Shown here one piece after another: positions 9,877 to 20,500 of a stretch of 64,000 bases of DNA. A program made the translations under genes and the position numbers. Position 1 is the stretch's first letter; the number at the start of each line of letters is the position of its first letter. This DNA is from an uncultured Phycisphaerales bacterium (GTDB lineage Bacteria > Planctomycetota > Phycisphaerae > Tepidisphaerales > Tepidisphaeraceae). The DNA lies in assembly GCA_963755915.1 (NCBI GenBank), contig CAVWLP010000003.1, positions 1,280,001 through 1,344,000 on the forward strand, given 5' to 3'. Under the pieces are notes generated by a model. The model worked only from the letters and a program-made list of their open reading frames with translations, did not search any database and was not told the origin of the DNA.

Positions 9877-12800
9877 ATGGGAAGGTATGGGAGAAGATTA
9901 AAGTGCCGGCGGCATTGGGCGGTGATGGGAGTGGTGGAATCGCTGGAACGGCGGCTGCTTTTTTCCGCGACGCTGCTTGGGGATGCTTTTTATTATCCGC
10001 TGGGGGATTTTGATAACGCGGGGATTTCGCTGAACGGCGGCGCGGCGATCACACAGGCCAATTATTCGAACCAGCTTCAGCTTGCCGATGGGGGCACGAG
10101 CGAATCGCGCATGCGCGTTTACGACGCAGGAGTATTCGATCGCGCCGTTCGCGACGAATTTCAACGTACAGTTCAGCGGGGCGGGGACTTCGGGATTTGC
10201 GTTCGTCCTGCAGGGAAGCGGATCGACGGCCACGGGCGGAGGGAATGCGGGGTCGGATGGGATTGCCAATAGCGTGGCGATTGAGTTTCTTTCCACCTCG
10301 TCGGGAACGGAGACGGAGCTGAACGTGAACGGCGTGGCGACGACGCCGACGCTGATCAGCCCTTCGACGATTAATCTGGCGAACAATCATGTTTTGCTGG
10401 TGAGCGTTGAATATGACGGGAGCACGCTGCTGGTGAGCGAGAGCGACAGCCAGACGACGCTGACGCCGATCACGAGCTCGCAGACTTATACGAACGTGAA
10501 CATTGCCGGGGCGACGGGGAGCAAGGCATATGTTGGATTTACGGGGGCGGACGGATCGACGGGGGTTTCGCAACTGATTCAGAGCTGGGAATTTCAGGAT
10601 GTGACGCCGACCGATACGGATATTGGTTCGCCGTTGGTGGCGGGGACTTCGACTTATGCGGCGGGCGGGCAGTATACGGTGAAAGGAGCGGGGACGGGGG
10701 CGGGATCGACTTCAGATCAGTTTCATCTGACTTCTGAGGCGATCACGGGGAACATCACGATGGTGGGCGACGTGACGGTGCCGGCGTCGGGGTCGAAGAC
10801 TGTGGAAGGGCTGATGCTGCGGGAGGGGACGGCGGCGAATGCGGCGTTTGGGGAAGTGGATGTGACCGCGAGCGGCGTACAATTTATCTCGCGCTCCAGC
10901 GCGGGATTGGCGGATGTCGTCAGCTCGACGATTGCGGAATCGGGGACGCAGTGGCTGGAGCTGGTACGGGATGGGTCGATTGTAAGCGGATATGTGTCGA
11001 CGAGCGCGGGCGGGCCGTGGACGCTGGTGGGGACGGCGGCGGTGAATGGAACGAGCAACGCTCTGGCGGGGGTGGCGGTTGCGAGCGGGAGCTCGAGCAC
11101 GCTGGCGACGGCGACGTTCAGCGGGGTTTCCCTGACGGAGACGGCGTCGGTTGGGCTGGATACCGGGGTGGTGGTGCAGGAGACGTCGCCGATCTGGGTT
11201 GACATCGTCAAGCAGAGCGGCGGGTTTTACAACACGGCGGAGACAGCGCTGGCGCCGACCAACGCCAACGGCTGGCCAACCACGGATTTCAGCATTCCCG
11301 ATTTGTTGTCGGCGACGTCGGATGAGGACGGGACGTACAGCCTGGTGATGGACTTGAGCCAAAAACCTACCGTCACATTCAGCGGTGCGACGCTTTCCAA
11401 CGCCAGCTTCAATTCGACGACGGATGTTTATACGGCGAACGTCACGATTTCAGGCGTCGGCGGCGTTTCGATGGAAGTGACGGGAACGGGCAGCGGGATC
11501 ACGGGTTTGCAGATCATCAGTCCGGGATACAGCACGACGAATCCGCCGGTGTTTACGAATTCTTACCTCACCTATCTCCAGTCGCTGCATCCGAGCGTGC
11601 TGAGGTTCATGGACTTTACGCAGACGAACAGTAACCCGGTGCAGACCTGGGCGGAGCGATCGACGCCCGCGGACGCGACGCAGTACAACCTGGCGACGAT
11701 GTACAACTACAACGGGACGGTGTACGGGAATGGATTTTTTACGGGGGTCTGCTGGGAATATGCGATTGAGCTGGCGAACGCGGTTCACGCGGATATGTGG
11801 ATCAACATTCCTGAGCAGGCAAACGACAATTACGTGGAGCAGCTTGCGAGCCTGATTCAAAACGGGGACACGATCAACGGGGTGAAGTATCCGGGGCTAA
11901 ATCCGGACCTGAGCGTTTACGTGGAATATTCGAATGAGACGTGGGATGCGGGGTTTACGGTTTACCAGTATTCGCTGGACGCGGCGGTAACGGAAGTGAC
12001 GACCGATGCCCAGAATGGCACACAATCGAACCTGAATTACGACAATCTCCCGCTGACGGAGAGCAACGGGGTTTATGAATACGGCAACACGTGGCAGCAG
12101 CGATGGTGCGCGCGGCGGCTGCTGCAGATCAGCAACGATTTCGCCAGCGTCATGGGTGAATCAGCGATCAATACGCGGATCCGGCCGGTGCTGGCGAATA
12201 TTCCGATTCCTTCGGTGCAGGCGGGGCAACTGGCGTTCATCAATGCGGAGTATGGGGCGCCCGACCAATATTTTTATGCGGTGGCGACGGCGACGTATGC
12301 GAATATGAATGGGCCGTACAATGGGACCAATACGCTCAACGGGGGGAACAGCAATCCGAATCTGACGGCGGCGCAGGTGCTTCAGGACCTTTCGGCCAAC
12401 GGATATTTTCTGCCGTGGGCGCTTTACGACGAGCTGGATTCGGTGGCGCAGCAGTACGGCCTTCAGATGGACGCGTATGAGTCGGGGCCGGATCTTTCGG
12501 GGTATCAGGACACGGCCACGACAAAGATCACCGCGGAAACGAGCCCGCAGTTCAGCACTTTCCTGGAACAATATTACGAGAGCTGGTTTTCGACCGGCGG
12601 TGGGACAGCGATTTATTACACCGCGCAGGCGAGGTCGTGGGGGGATGAGTATGGGGATTTCCAGATCGCGGACACGCAGGAAGATTTGTTTGACGCGAAG
12701 GAAATAGGTTTCCGCGCGGTCGAGGAAGCAGAGCGCCCGGCGCTGGCGCCGGCGGTGCTGACGAGCCTGACGGCGACGACGGCGTCTTCGACGCAGGTGA

Positions 12801-14713
12801 ATTTGTCGTGGGGAACGGCGTCGGCGGGGGCGACGGAATATCGCGTGGAGGCTTCGAACACGAGCGGATTTACGGCGAATGTGGTGACGCAGATTGCGCC
12901 GGCGGGATCGACGGGGTGGTCGTTTACCGGGCTGTCGCCGGGGATTTTGTATTATTTCCAGGTGATCCCGACCTCGCCCGCGGGAGATGCGGGGCCGTCG
13001 CCATCGGCAAGCGCGACGACTTCGGGAACTGCGGCAATTCCGGCGGCGCCGACGAACGTGACGGCGACCGCGGTTTCGAGCGGCCAGATTAACGTGGGGT
13101 GGGCGGACAGCTCGCTGATTGAAACGGGGTATACAATCACGGTTTCTACAAATCCTACATTTACGCAGATCGTGCAGACACTGAGCGCGGCGGCGGGGGC
13201 GACGAGCATTTCGGTGTATGGGCTAAATGGGCTGACGGATTATTACGTGGAGGTTTCGGCGAGCGATTCGAGCGGGTCATCGGCGGCAGTCGCCGCGCCG
13301 GCGACGATTACGCCGATGCCGGTGCCGCTGGCGCAATATACGTTCAGCTCGGTAACCGGAGGCACCGTGCTGGACAGCAGCGGCAACGGAACCGCGGCGA
13401 ATGGAACCATCGTCGGGGGCGTTACTCAGGTCGCGGGGCCGGATAACGGAGAGGCGCTCGCTTTCGATGGATCGACTGGCTACATCAATCTTGGAAATCC
13501 GTCGAAGCTGAATCTCGAAGGGCAATTCACCATCGGGGCGTGGATCAAACCCACGGCAGTGAGCGGGAATTCAGATATCTTCGATCAGGGTTTTGACGGG
13601 CTGGACGAGCCGATCTTTTTCAACCTCACGAGCTCCACAACCGTGAACTTTGGAACGGTGCGATACGACGGATCGTATGACAGCGTCTACGCGACCGGCA
13701 CTTCCAGCACCTCGCTGACGAACGGACAGTGGCACTACGTCGCCGGGGTTTACGATGGGCAAGACTTCAAGGTGTATATCGACGGAGTGTTGGCGGGTGA
13801 AACGGCGGATCCGTACGGAGTGACGTATGGTTGGCAGCCGACGAACATCGGGCGCGATGCTGATGGAGCAGAGAATTTCGACGGGGACATCGCCGATTTG
13901 CAGATATTCGCAAATGGTTTGTCGGCGGCGGATATCGCGAAATTGAGCGCGCCCATCTCGGATACCTGGACGGGGGGAAACTCATCGTGGACGACGGCGG
14001 GGAACTGGAGCGCGGGCGCGACGCCTGGGGGATTCAGCAGCGTGATCATCAACAGCGGGACGGTGGCGGCTGGGACGGCATTTAATGTTGGGTCGCTGGC
14101 GCTGAACGGCGGGACGCTGAACCTGGCCAGCGGGGCTGGAGAGTTCTCGGTGGCATCGCTGACGATCGGATCGAGCGCGAAGCTGAACCTGGAAAATAAC
14201 TTTCTGATGATCGATTACGCGAGCGGCAGCGATCCGATCGCGACGATTGCGGGGTATCTGAAGTCGGGAAGGAATAATGGCGGGTGGAATGGGGTGGGGA
14301 TCGAATCATCATCGGTGGCGACTTATCCGTCGTACGCGATCGGATATTCAGATGGCAAAGACGGCGTGGTGCAGGGACTGCCTTCGGGGCAGATCGAAGT
14401 GAAATTCACGCTGCTGGGGGATGCGAACCTGGATGGAACCGTCAATGGATCGGATTTCTCGATTGTGGCGGCGAATTTTGGGCTGGGAGTGACGAATTGG
14501 GATGAGGGGAATTTCCTGTATGGCACCTCTGTCAACGGATCGGATTTCAGCGCGCTGGCGGCGAATTTCGGTTTGGGCGCAAGCGAGGCAGCGGTGGCAT
14601 TACCCGCGGTTACGCAGCCGTTTTCAAACAGCTTTGCCAGCAGCGCATCCACGAGTAGTGATCCGGCGACGGATCTGGTGAAGGATAAGACACATCGGCC
14701 GCCGAAGAAGTGA
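9877..14713 (+). CDS. large secreted modular glycan-active protein: LExRxLL leader, L-type lectin-like, beta-sandwich, putative GH-A-like domain, 2xFN3, LamG, dockerin-like tail (frameshift ~10110)
   Basis: ESLERRLLFSA; GFAFVLQ/AYVGFTGA; LRFMD, WEYAIELAN, VEYSNETW, AYESG; QVNLSW; WHYVAGVYDG; GDANLDGTVNGSDF. Confidence 0.75.
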
Positions 14714-14773
14714 GGGCGGGATTTAAGGAAAAACAAATAGTATTCCGCGGGCGGTGAAAGTAAGCTTGGGGGG

Positions 14774-15247
14774 ATGGAAGGCGTTCTCCCGCCGCAAACG
14801 GAGCGCGGCTCGGGTTTTGAGCCCGCGCGGGTTCGTCAATTCACGGTTTTCCTGGAGAACCGGGTGGGACGGCTCCAGGGGTTGCTGGGGGCGCTGGAGA
14901 CGGCGGCGCATCCGATCCGGGCGCTTTCAATCGAGGAGTCGGGGGATTCGGCGCTGGTGCGATTGATTTGCGGCGCGACCGACTCGGTGCGCATTACGCT
15001 CAAGGAGGCGGGGTTTCCGTTTGGCGAGCTGGATCTTCTGGCGGTGCAGATTCCGAAAAGGAATCCCCAGCCGCTGATCGCGATCTGCTCGACGCTTCTG
15101 GCCGCCGAGATCAACATTCACTACATCTATCCATTTCTTCTCGGTCCGCACGGGCCGGCGCTGGCGCTTTATGTGGACGAACCAACGCTGGCGGAACAAT
15201 TGCTGATCAAAAATGGGTTCGTGCTGATCGCGGAATCGGACCTATAA
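14774..15247 (+). CDS. ACT-domain protein
   Basis: VRQFTVFLENRVGRL...INIHYIYP tandem ACT pattern. Confidence 0.8.
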   Translation: MEGVLPPQTERGSGFEPARVRQFTVFLENRVGRLQGLLGALETAAHPIRALSIEESGDSALVRLICGATDSVRITLKEAGFPFGELDLLAVQIPKRNPQPLIAICSTLLAAEINIHYIYPFLLGPHGPALALYVDEPTLAEQLLIKNGFVLIAESDL

Positions 15248-15349
15248 ACGAATCACATCGCGCGGAAAACCCTAGGGCGTCGACGGTCGTGTCAGGGAAC
15301 CCAGATTGCCGATATTGACACGGCCACGCAATTCACCGGAGCGCATGGT

Positions 15350-16372
15350 TTGCAGCAGCCGATAAAATCCAGATTCTCGATTTATGGCGCTTCCGTTGCC
15401 GTTGCAAACGGATGCGGGCAGCTCGACGATGCGCTGCGGCTGTTTCTGCGCCCGTTTGAGCTCAAGCGAAATGGCGGCGAGGGGCTGGAGACGATTGGGG
15501 AGATTCGTCCATTCGAGCTGGGGGAAGTGACGCGATCCTTGCTCTCGGCGGGGGAAACGGAGCGGCGGTCGGACCCGCTGGTGGCGATTTATTCCGGCGG
15601 CGAGCGGCACTGGGTGCTGGACGACCGCTGGGGGGTTTGCGAGATCGATCTGCTGCGGCACCGGTGGCGAAGCTGGGTGCTGCCGCATACGTCGCTGGAT
15701 GCGGTGCAGCTTGTGGAGTCGGCGGTAATGCAGCCGATGGCGCAGTTGCTTCGCCCGCGCGGGGTGGAGCTGATCCCGGCGGTATCGCTGGAGCGCGGGG
15801 GGTGGGCGGCGCTGGTGATCGCGCCGTATCCGATCACGGCGGAAGTTTCGCGGGCGATTCGCGCGGGATACCGGGTGATCGGACAGAGGTGGACGGCGCT
15901 GCTGCGCAAGAGCGATCGGATCGTGCTGCGGCACGTGCCGGGCGTGATGGAACTGCCGCGCGGCGGGAAGTGGATTGGGAAGAGCATTGAGTGGAAGGAT
16001 GTCACTGGCGACAACCCCTGGGCCGCCGCGGAGACGGCCTGGTGTGACGCGGTGGTGACGATCGGCGCGGGCCGACGGTCGCGGTCGTGCGGGCGGATCG
16101 TGCCGGCGCATGAGGCGCGGGGGCTTCTGCGGCGGGCGCGGTCGAGTTCCCCCCTGCCGCTGGATTGGGCATGCCTTCAACACTGTGCGCCGGCGTTGGC
16201 GCAGCGGTGCATGTGCATGCATGTGGAGCTTTCGCGGCATGAGGAGGAATTTCTCCAGCTACTGGAGATTCTGCGGAAGCGGACGGCGGCGAAGGTGGAA
16301 GTATCGGTGTTTGGGGCGGCGACGGTGAAGCGGAATGAGAGAGTTGGAATTCGGGTGGGGAACAAGATTTGA
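15350..16372 (+). CDS. hypothetical protein, degenerate HprK-related kinase-like fold
   Basis: 340-aa ORF; segment LIPAVSLERGGWAALVIAP...RAGYRVIGQ resembles the HprK-like core but lacks the Walker A motif. Confidence 0.5.
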   Translation: MQQPIKSRFSIYGASVAVANGCGQLDDALRLFLRPFELKRNGGEGLETIGEIRPFELGEVTRSLLSAGETERRSDPLVAIYSGGERHWVLDDRWGVCEIDLLRHRWRSWVLPHTSLDAVQLVESAVMQPMAQLLRPRGVELIPAVSLERGGWAALVIAPYPITAEVSRAIRAGYRVIGQRWTALLRKSDRIVLRHVPGVMELPRGGKWIGKSIEWKDVTGDNPWAAAETAWCDAVVTIGAGRRSRSCGRIVPAHEARGLLRRARSSSPLPLDWACLQHCAPALAQRCMCMHVELSRHEEEFLQLLEILRKRTAAKVEVSVFGAATVKRNERVGIRVGNKI

Positions 16373-16405
16373 AATTTGAAATTTGAGATTTGAGATTTCA
16401 GAATT
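16366..16405. repeat. 7-bp tandem repeat (GA[A/G]ATTT)n
   Basis: gatttgaaatttgaaatttgagatttgagatttcagaatt. Confidence 0.75.
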
Positions 16406-16511
16406 CGGTCCGCTTGGGCTCCGTATCGAAATTTGAATTCCCCACGGCAGCGCGGCTCGACTGAGCTCGCCGAAGTCCGTGGGCGTTCCGGGAGCAAACT
16501 GACTTACGGCC
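16405..16511. mobile_element. degenerate copy of the IS1-like MITE with a 24-bp internal insertion
   Basis: aligns to 17899-17986 (ttgggctcc..tcgaaat..ccccacggcagcg / ccgtgggcgttc..ggagc.aactgac), insertion at 16453-16476. Confidence 0.7.
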
Positions 16512-16523
16512 CCAAATTCCGGG

Positions 16524-17291
16524 TCATTCCCCGTCGACACGCTGATATCGGTAGGCGGCGCGATATAAGCCGCGGACTTCGTTGCTTTTGACGATGGTGG
16601 CGCGGTATTTTTCGTTGCGCGGCTGGAGGCGGACGACGGGGAGGCGGGCAGCGCCGTCCGCTTCGTAGAAGATGCGCTTGAAGGTGGTTTGGCCGTCGGT
16701 GAAGCGGATGAAGCAATCGTCGCCGTTTCTGGCGGGGAGGGATGGGGAGAAGATGACGATGTCTCCGTCGCAATAGTTGGGGGTCATGGTGTCGCCGTGA
16801 ACGCGGGCGGCGAAGGCGTCTTTGTCGGCGATGCCGGGGCAGGCGACATACTTGTCGGATGATTTGGGGGGAAAGGGGCCATCGGGCGCGTCTTCGGTGC
16901 GGTTGATGACCGGGATGGCATTGGCGGTGATGGGGGCGAGGGTATGTTCGCTTTTGGCGACGAGTTCGCGGAGGACGCCGGAGAATTCGTGGGTATCGTC
17001 GGGCGAGCCGTTGGCGCCCCCCTGCTTTCGGGTATCGAGGAGCCTTCCGAGCATGGCGCGGACATCGGAGGGGGTTCTCTGAAGATGGGCCTGGGTAAGG
17101 AGTTCGGCGCTGGCGAAGCCGAGGGATTGTTCGAGGCGTTTGAGTTTTTCGTCGCTGGGGGGATTGGGGACGCGGCCGGTCTCGATGAGGGAGAGATAGG
17201 GCTTGGAAATGCCGGTGCGGCCGGAGAGTTCGTCGAGGGTTAGGCCGAGGCGACGGCGCTGCTTGCGAAGTTTGATGCCGAGGGGTTCCAT
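16524..17291 (-). CDS. XRE-HTH + S24 peptidase (LexA/CI-like) transcriptional regulator
   Basis: LTLDELSGRTGISKPYLSLIETG; AFAARVHGDTMTP..DGDIVIF; TTFKRI; RLQPRN. Confidence 0.87.
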   Translation of the reverse strand: MEPLGIKLRKQRRRLGLTLDELSGRTGISKPYLSLIETGRVPNPPSDEKLKRLEQSLGFASAELLTQAHLQRTPSDVRAMLGRLLDTRKQGGANGSPDDTHEFSGVLRELVAKSEHTLAPITANAIPVINRTEDAPDGPFPPKSSDKYVACPGIADKDAFAARVHGDTMTPNYCDGDIVIFSPSLPARNGDDCFIRFTDGQTTFKRIFYEADGAARLPVVRLQPRNEKYRATIVKSNEVRGLYRAAYRYQRVDGE

Positions 17292-17355
17292 TTTTTCGAA
17301 ACTGGGGAATGAATAGCTGATTTGAGCGTAGAAATCAAGAAAAATATCTAACAAA

Positions 17356-17373
17356 TACCTAACTACGGAATTA
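17356..17373. promoter_or_regulatory. candidate operator palindrome upstream of the XRE regulator
   Basis: cctaa-ctacggaa-ttagg in an AT-rich stretch ~65 bp upstream of the start. Confidence 0.35.
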
Positions 17374-17550
17374 GGATCTCACGCAGAGGCGCGGAGAAGG
17401 TAAATTTCTGTTTTCCATTGCGCCTTTGCCTCTGCGGAAGGTTTTTTCTTTCGAGGTTGAGGTGAGGCTGAAGGAGCGGGCAGTTCCCACATTTTCCCAA
17501 AATTTCTCACTTTTCGGGGTTTCTCACACCGAGCGATACTTTGCAGATCG

Positions 17551-17591
17551 GCCCCCTCCCCAACCCTCCCCCGGATTACCGGGGGCGGGGG
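17551..17591. repeat. REP-like palindrome
   Basis: ccccctccccaaccctcccccggattaccgggggcgggg. Confidence 0.65.
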
Positions 17592-17898
17592 TTAAGGCGC
17601 GCGCGAGGGCGAGCAGTTGGAGTTCGGTGAGGTTGTAGGAGCGGGAAGCTCTCACTTTATCCCAAAATATCTCACTTTCGGGGATGGTGTTACCTGTCCT
17701 ACCCACGATTGGTTGGCGCGGTGAAGATTGCCGATTGCCAAATGCCGAATTGGAAGAGGCGCAGGGAAAAAATAGTACGCGTCTATATACAGGTCCAAAA
17801 GGTGTACGTTTTGTACCTATTTTTGGGAAATCGGGGGATTTTTGGGTTGAGATTGTTGAAGTTCGAAAGAATCTGCAAGGGGTTTGGGCGTAATCCGG

Positions 17899-17986
17899 GG
17901 TGGTGGGTCAGTTTGGGCTCCAGGTCGAAATACGAAATCCCCACGGCAGCGCCGTGGGCGTTCGGGGAGCGAACTGACCCAGTACC
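17899..17986. mobile_element. 88-bp MITE with IS1-like ends and 8-bp TSD
   Basis: IRs ggtggtgggtcagtttg / cgaactgacccagtacc; direct repeat taatccgg at 17891-17898 and 17987-17994. Confidence 0.85.
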
Positions 17987-18021
17987 TAATCCGGGACGTG
18001 CGAATCTTTTCTTCCATCAAC

Positions 18022-18597
18022 TCACGCCGGGCCGTTTTCTTCGAGTTGATAGAGCATGGGGCTGAAGCGACGGTTGGCCCATTTTAGGGAGTCGTGGAGG
18101 TAGTAGGCGAAGATGGCGAGGGTGATGAGGAGGAGGATGCCGGTGATGATGTGGCGGGGGCGGAATTTTCGGATGGAGGAGCCGTAGGCGATGAGGCCGA
18201 GGAGGCCGGCGACGGTGACGACGGCGTCGTAGCTGGCGCGCTGCCAGTAGAGGCCACCCAGGTGGAGCCACATGCCGAATTCGTCGAAAGTGAGGCCGAG
18301 GCCGATGGCGTAGATGACGGCGGTGAGGGAGAGCCAAGTTCCAGCGGGGCGGGCGAAGAGGAGGACGGCGCCGGTGATGCTGAGGAGAAATATGCCGTAG
18401 TTGAGGTGATGGACATGCGTGCCCTTCACGTGGAAGAAGAGTCCCGGGGGGAGTTTGCCGGCCATGATGAAGATGACCAGGATGCGGGCGATGATGAAAG
18501 TGAAGACGAAGCCTGCGAAAACCAGGCGAGCGAGGTGATTGCGCTGGAGGGTGATTTCATCGCGAGTCAAAAGCGGTGGGGAATCTTGCGCGGTCAT
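18022..18597 (-). CDS. integral membrane protein
   Basis: HVHHLNYGI, GLTFDEFGMWL; about 5 TM segments. Confidence 0.75.
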   Translation of the reverse strand: MTAQDSPPLLTRDEITLQRNHLARLVFAGFVFTFIIARILVIFIMAGKLPPGLFFHVKGTHVHHLNYGIFLLSITGAVLLFARPAGTWLSLTAVIYAIGLGLTFDEFGMWLHLGGLYWQRASYDAVVTVAGLLGLIAYGSSIRKFRPRHIITGILLLITLAIFAYYLHDSLKWANRRFSPMLYQLEENGPA

Positions 18598-20480
18598 TTT
18601 TGCTCCTGGGTTATCTTGATAAGTTGAGTGGCGGTTCCCAGAGGCGTCAGCCTGTGGTCCTGGGCGCCGCGATTATAAAGGTAAAAGATGCGATCCGGCG
18701 CGATGTGGGCGTAATATTGGTAAAGGGGCCGGTCTTGATCGCCGGGCTTGGCGACATCGGAAACTGAGGGGTTGAGATCGTGGGCGCGGATGATGGGGGC
18801 GTCGTCGGGCCAGGCGACGTCGCTATTGAAGACGGGCTCTTCGGAGGGGTTGCTGCGGCCGGGGTTGAAATGAAAGAGGACTACCGCGGGGGCGGTGACA
18901 TTTTTGGAGATATCGGCGTCGATCTGCGGCAGTTCGATGGGCTTGAAATATTGATCGTAGACAAGGCGATTGAGCTGCGGCGCACCCATGAGCGCCAGCC
19001 CAGCGATGGCCGGGCACATCATCGTTCGAATCATCGCGGCCCGGGCGGGAAAAAGGTCGGCGAGAAATCGGACCGGCAGGAGGCACAAAAGGATGAAAGC
19101 CGGGAAGACCATCAGGTAATAGTGGGGCAGGACCCAGGAGAAGGCGTAGGCTGAAATGAGCAGCACAAAGACCGGGAGCATTCCCCAGACGGCCCAATAG
19201 CGGCGGTTCCACATCGCCAGGAGTGAGATGGGGAGAATGACCCAGAAGAAGGGATCGGGGACGGCGACATTGCGAATCATTTGTATTTGTGACCGGAGGC
19301 CGACGCTGACAAAGTTGATGAGCTGGTGTTGCTCAATGACGCTTTTGGCGTTGGCCTCGTAGAAAAGCTGTCTCTCGGGGAGATCGGAGACGTGCTGGGG
19401 GGCAAGGCCGGTGTGGAAGCCGAAGACGCCGGGATAGTTGGCGTCGTTATATTTGCCGAAGGGGGTGGTGAGCAAATGGCCGGTGATGTGGTGGTTGAGC
19501 GTGAGTTGGAGCAGTAGAAACGGGATAACGGGAATGATGATCGCGGCGAGAATGGGAAAGAGTTGCGAGCCAGGTTCCCTGGTCTTCTTTCGCAATTCGA
19601 GTGAGTCCCAGATCATGACGACAGCTAGAACCACTGCAAAGCAGAGCCCATCGGCCGGACGGGTAATCGCGGACCACCCCGCCGCTGCGCCAACGAGAAC
19701 AAGCCATTTCCAGTTCCTTTTTCTCCGCCACCGCAAAACTCCCCAAGTCATCAGAAGTCCCAGCAGCAGCGCGGGCGTCTGGGCCATGGGCATGATGGAG
19801 AGCATGCGAAACATCGAGGCGGTGATCGGAGCGCAGGGCAGGCAGAGCAAGATCAAAACCGCGAGGAGGGCGCACACTCCATCGAGAATCTCGGTGAAAA
19901 CGAGGTAGATCATGACGGCGCACAGGCCGCTGACGGCAAGGGGGCCGAAATAGTAGGGCAATCCGAGCCAGAGGGCGGGGACGAACATCATGGCGGCGCC
20001 CGGGAAATACATGGAGGCGTAGACCGGGATGACGAACATGTAGAAGGTTTCGAAATAGCGAGGGAGGGGAATGGGCGGCATCCAGAAATGGCCGTGGGCG
20101 AGCATGCGCATCTGGATCAGGTAGCTGAATTCGTCCTCCCATTTGGGGTGAAACGTGATCTTCTGGCATCGCTGAGACGAGTAGAGGAAAAATGTGGATG
20201 CGATCCAGATGGCCAGGCAGATCAGGCGGCGGGTGCGCGGCGATGGGTGCGCGATGGCGATGTAGAGGCGGTTGAAGGCGCGGTTGATGGGAGGGATCAG
20301 GCCGGCGATCAGGCAGGCGAGGAGGATTCGGGATTTGCGGGGCGGGCCGTAATCTCCGGCGCCCAGGACGAGCCAGCATTCGACGCCGAGGAGGAGGAGA
20401 ATTGGAACGAGCCAGCGGGCGAGGCGCGGGCTGAGCCAGGAGATTGGAGAGGGAGGAACAGTGGAGGGAATATCGCCCAT
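18594..20480 (-). CDS. multi-TM GT-C-like glycosyltransferase
   Basis: DEFSYLIQ..LAHG, YASMYFPG, AITRPADG; many TM helices; start MGDIP follows folE. Confidence 0.65.
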   Translation of the reverse strand: MGDIPSTVPPSPISWLSPRLARWLVPILLLLGVECWLVLGAGDYGPPRKSRILLACLIAGLIPPINRAFNRLYIAIAHPSPRTRRLICLAIWIASTFFLYSSQRCQKITFHPKWEDEFSYLIQMRMLAHGHFWMPPIPLPRYFETFYMFVIPVYASMYFPGAAMMFVPALWLGLPYYFGPLAVSGLCAVMIYLVFTEILDGVCALLAVLILLCLPCAPITASMFRMLSIMPMAQTPALLLGLLMTWGVLRWRRKRNWKWLVLVGAAAGWSAITRPADGLCFAVVLAVVMIWDSLELRKKTREPGSQLFPILAAIIIPVIPFLLLQLTLNHHITGHLLTTPFGKYNDANYPGVFGFHTGLAPQHVSDLPERQLFYEANAKSVIEQHQLINFVSVGLRSQIQMIRNVAVPDPFFWVILPISLLAMWNRRYWAVWGMLPVFVLLISAYAFSWVLPHYYLMVFPAFILLCLLPVRFLADLFPARAAMIRTMMCPAIAGLALMGAPQLNRLVYDQYFKPIELPQIDADISKNVTAPAVVLFHFNPGRSNPSEEPVFNSDVAWPDDAPIIRAHDLNPSVSDVAKPGDQDRPLYQYYAHIAPDRIFYLYNRGAQDHRLTPLGTATQLIKITQEQK

Positions 20481-20500
20481 TTCCTGCCGCGAGGAGCAGG

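Noticed and set aside
16524-17291. Prophage repressor marking a prophage
   Set aside because: No integrase, cro, replication or structural phage genes nearby.
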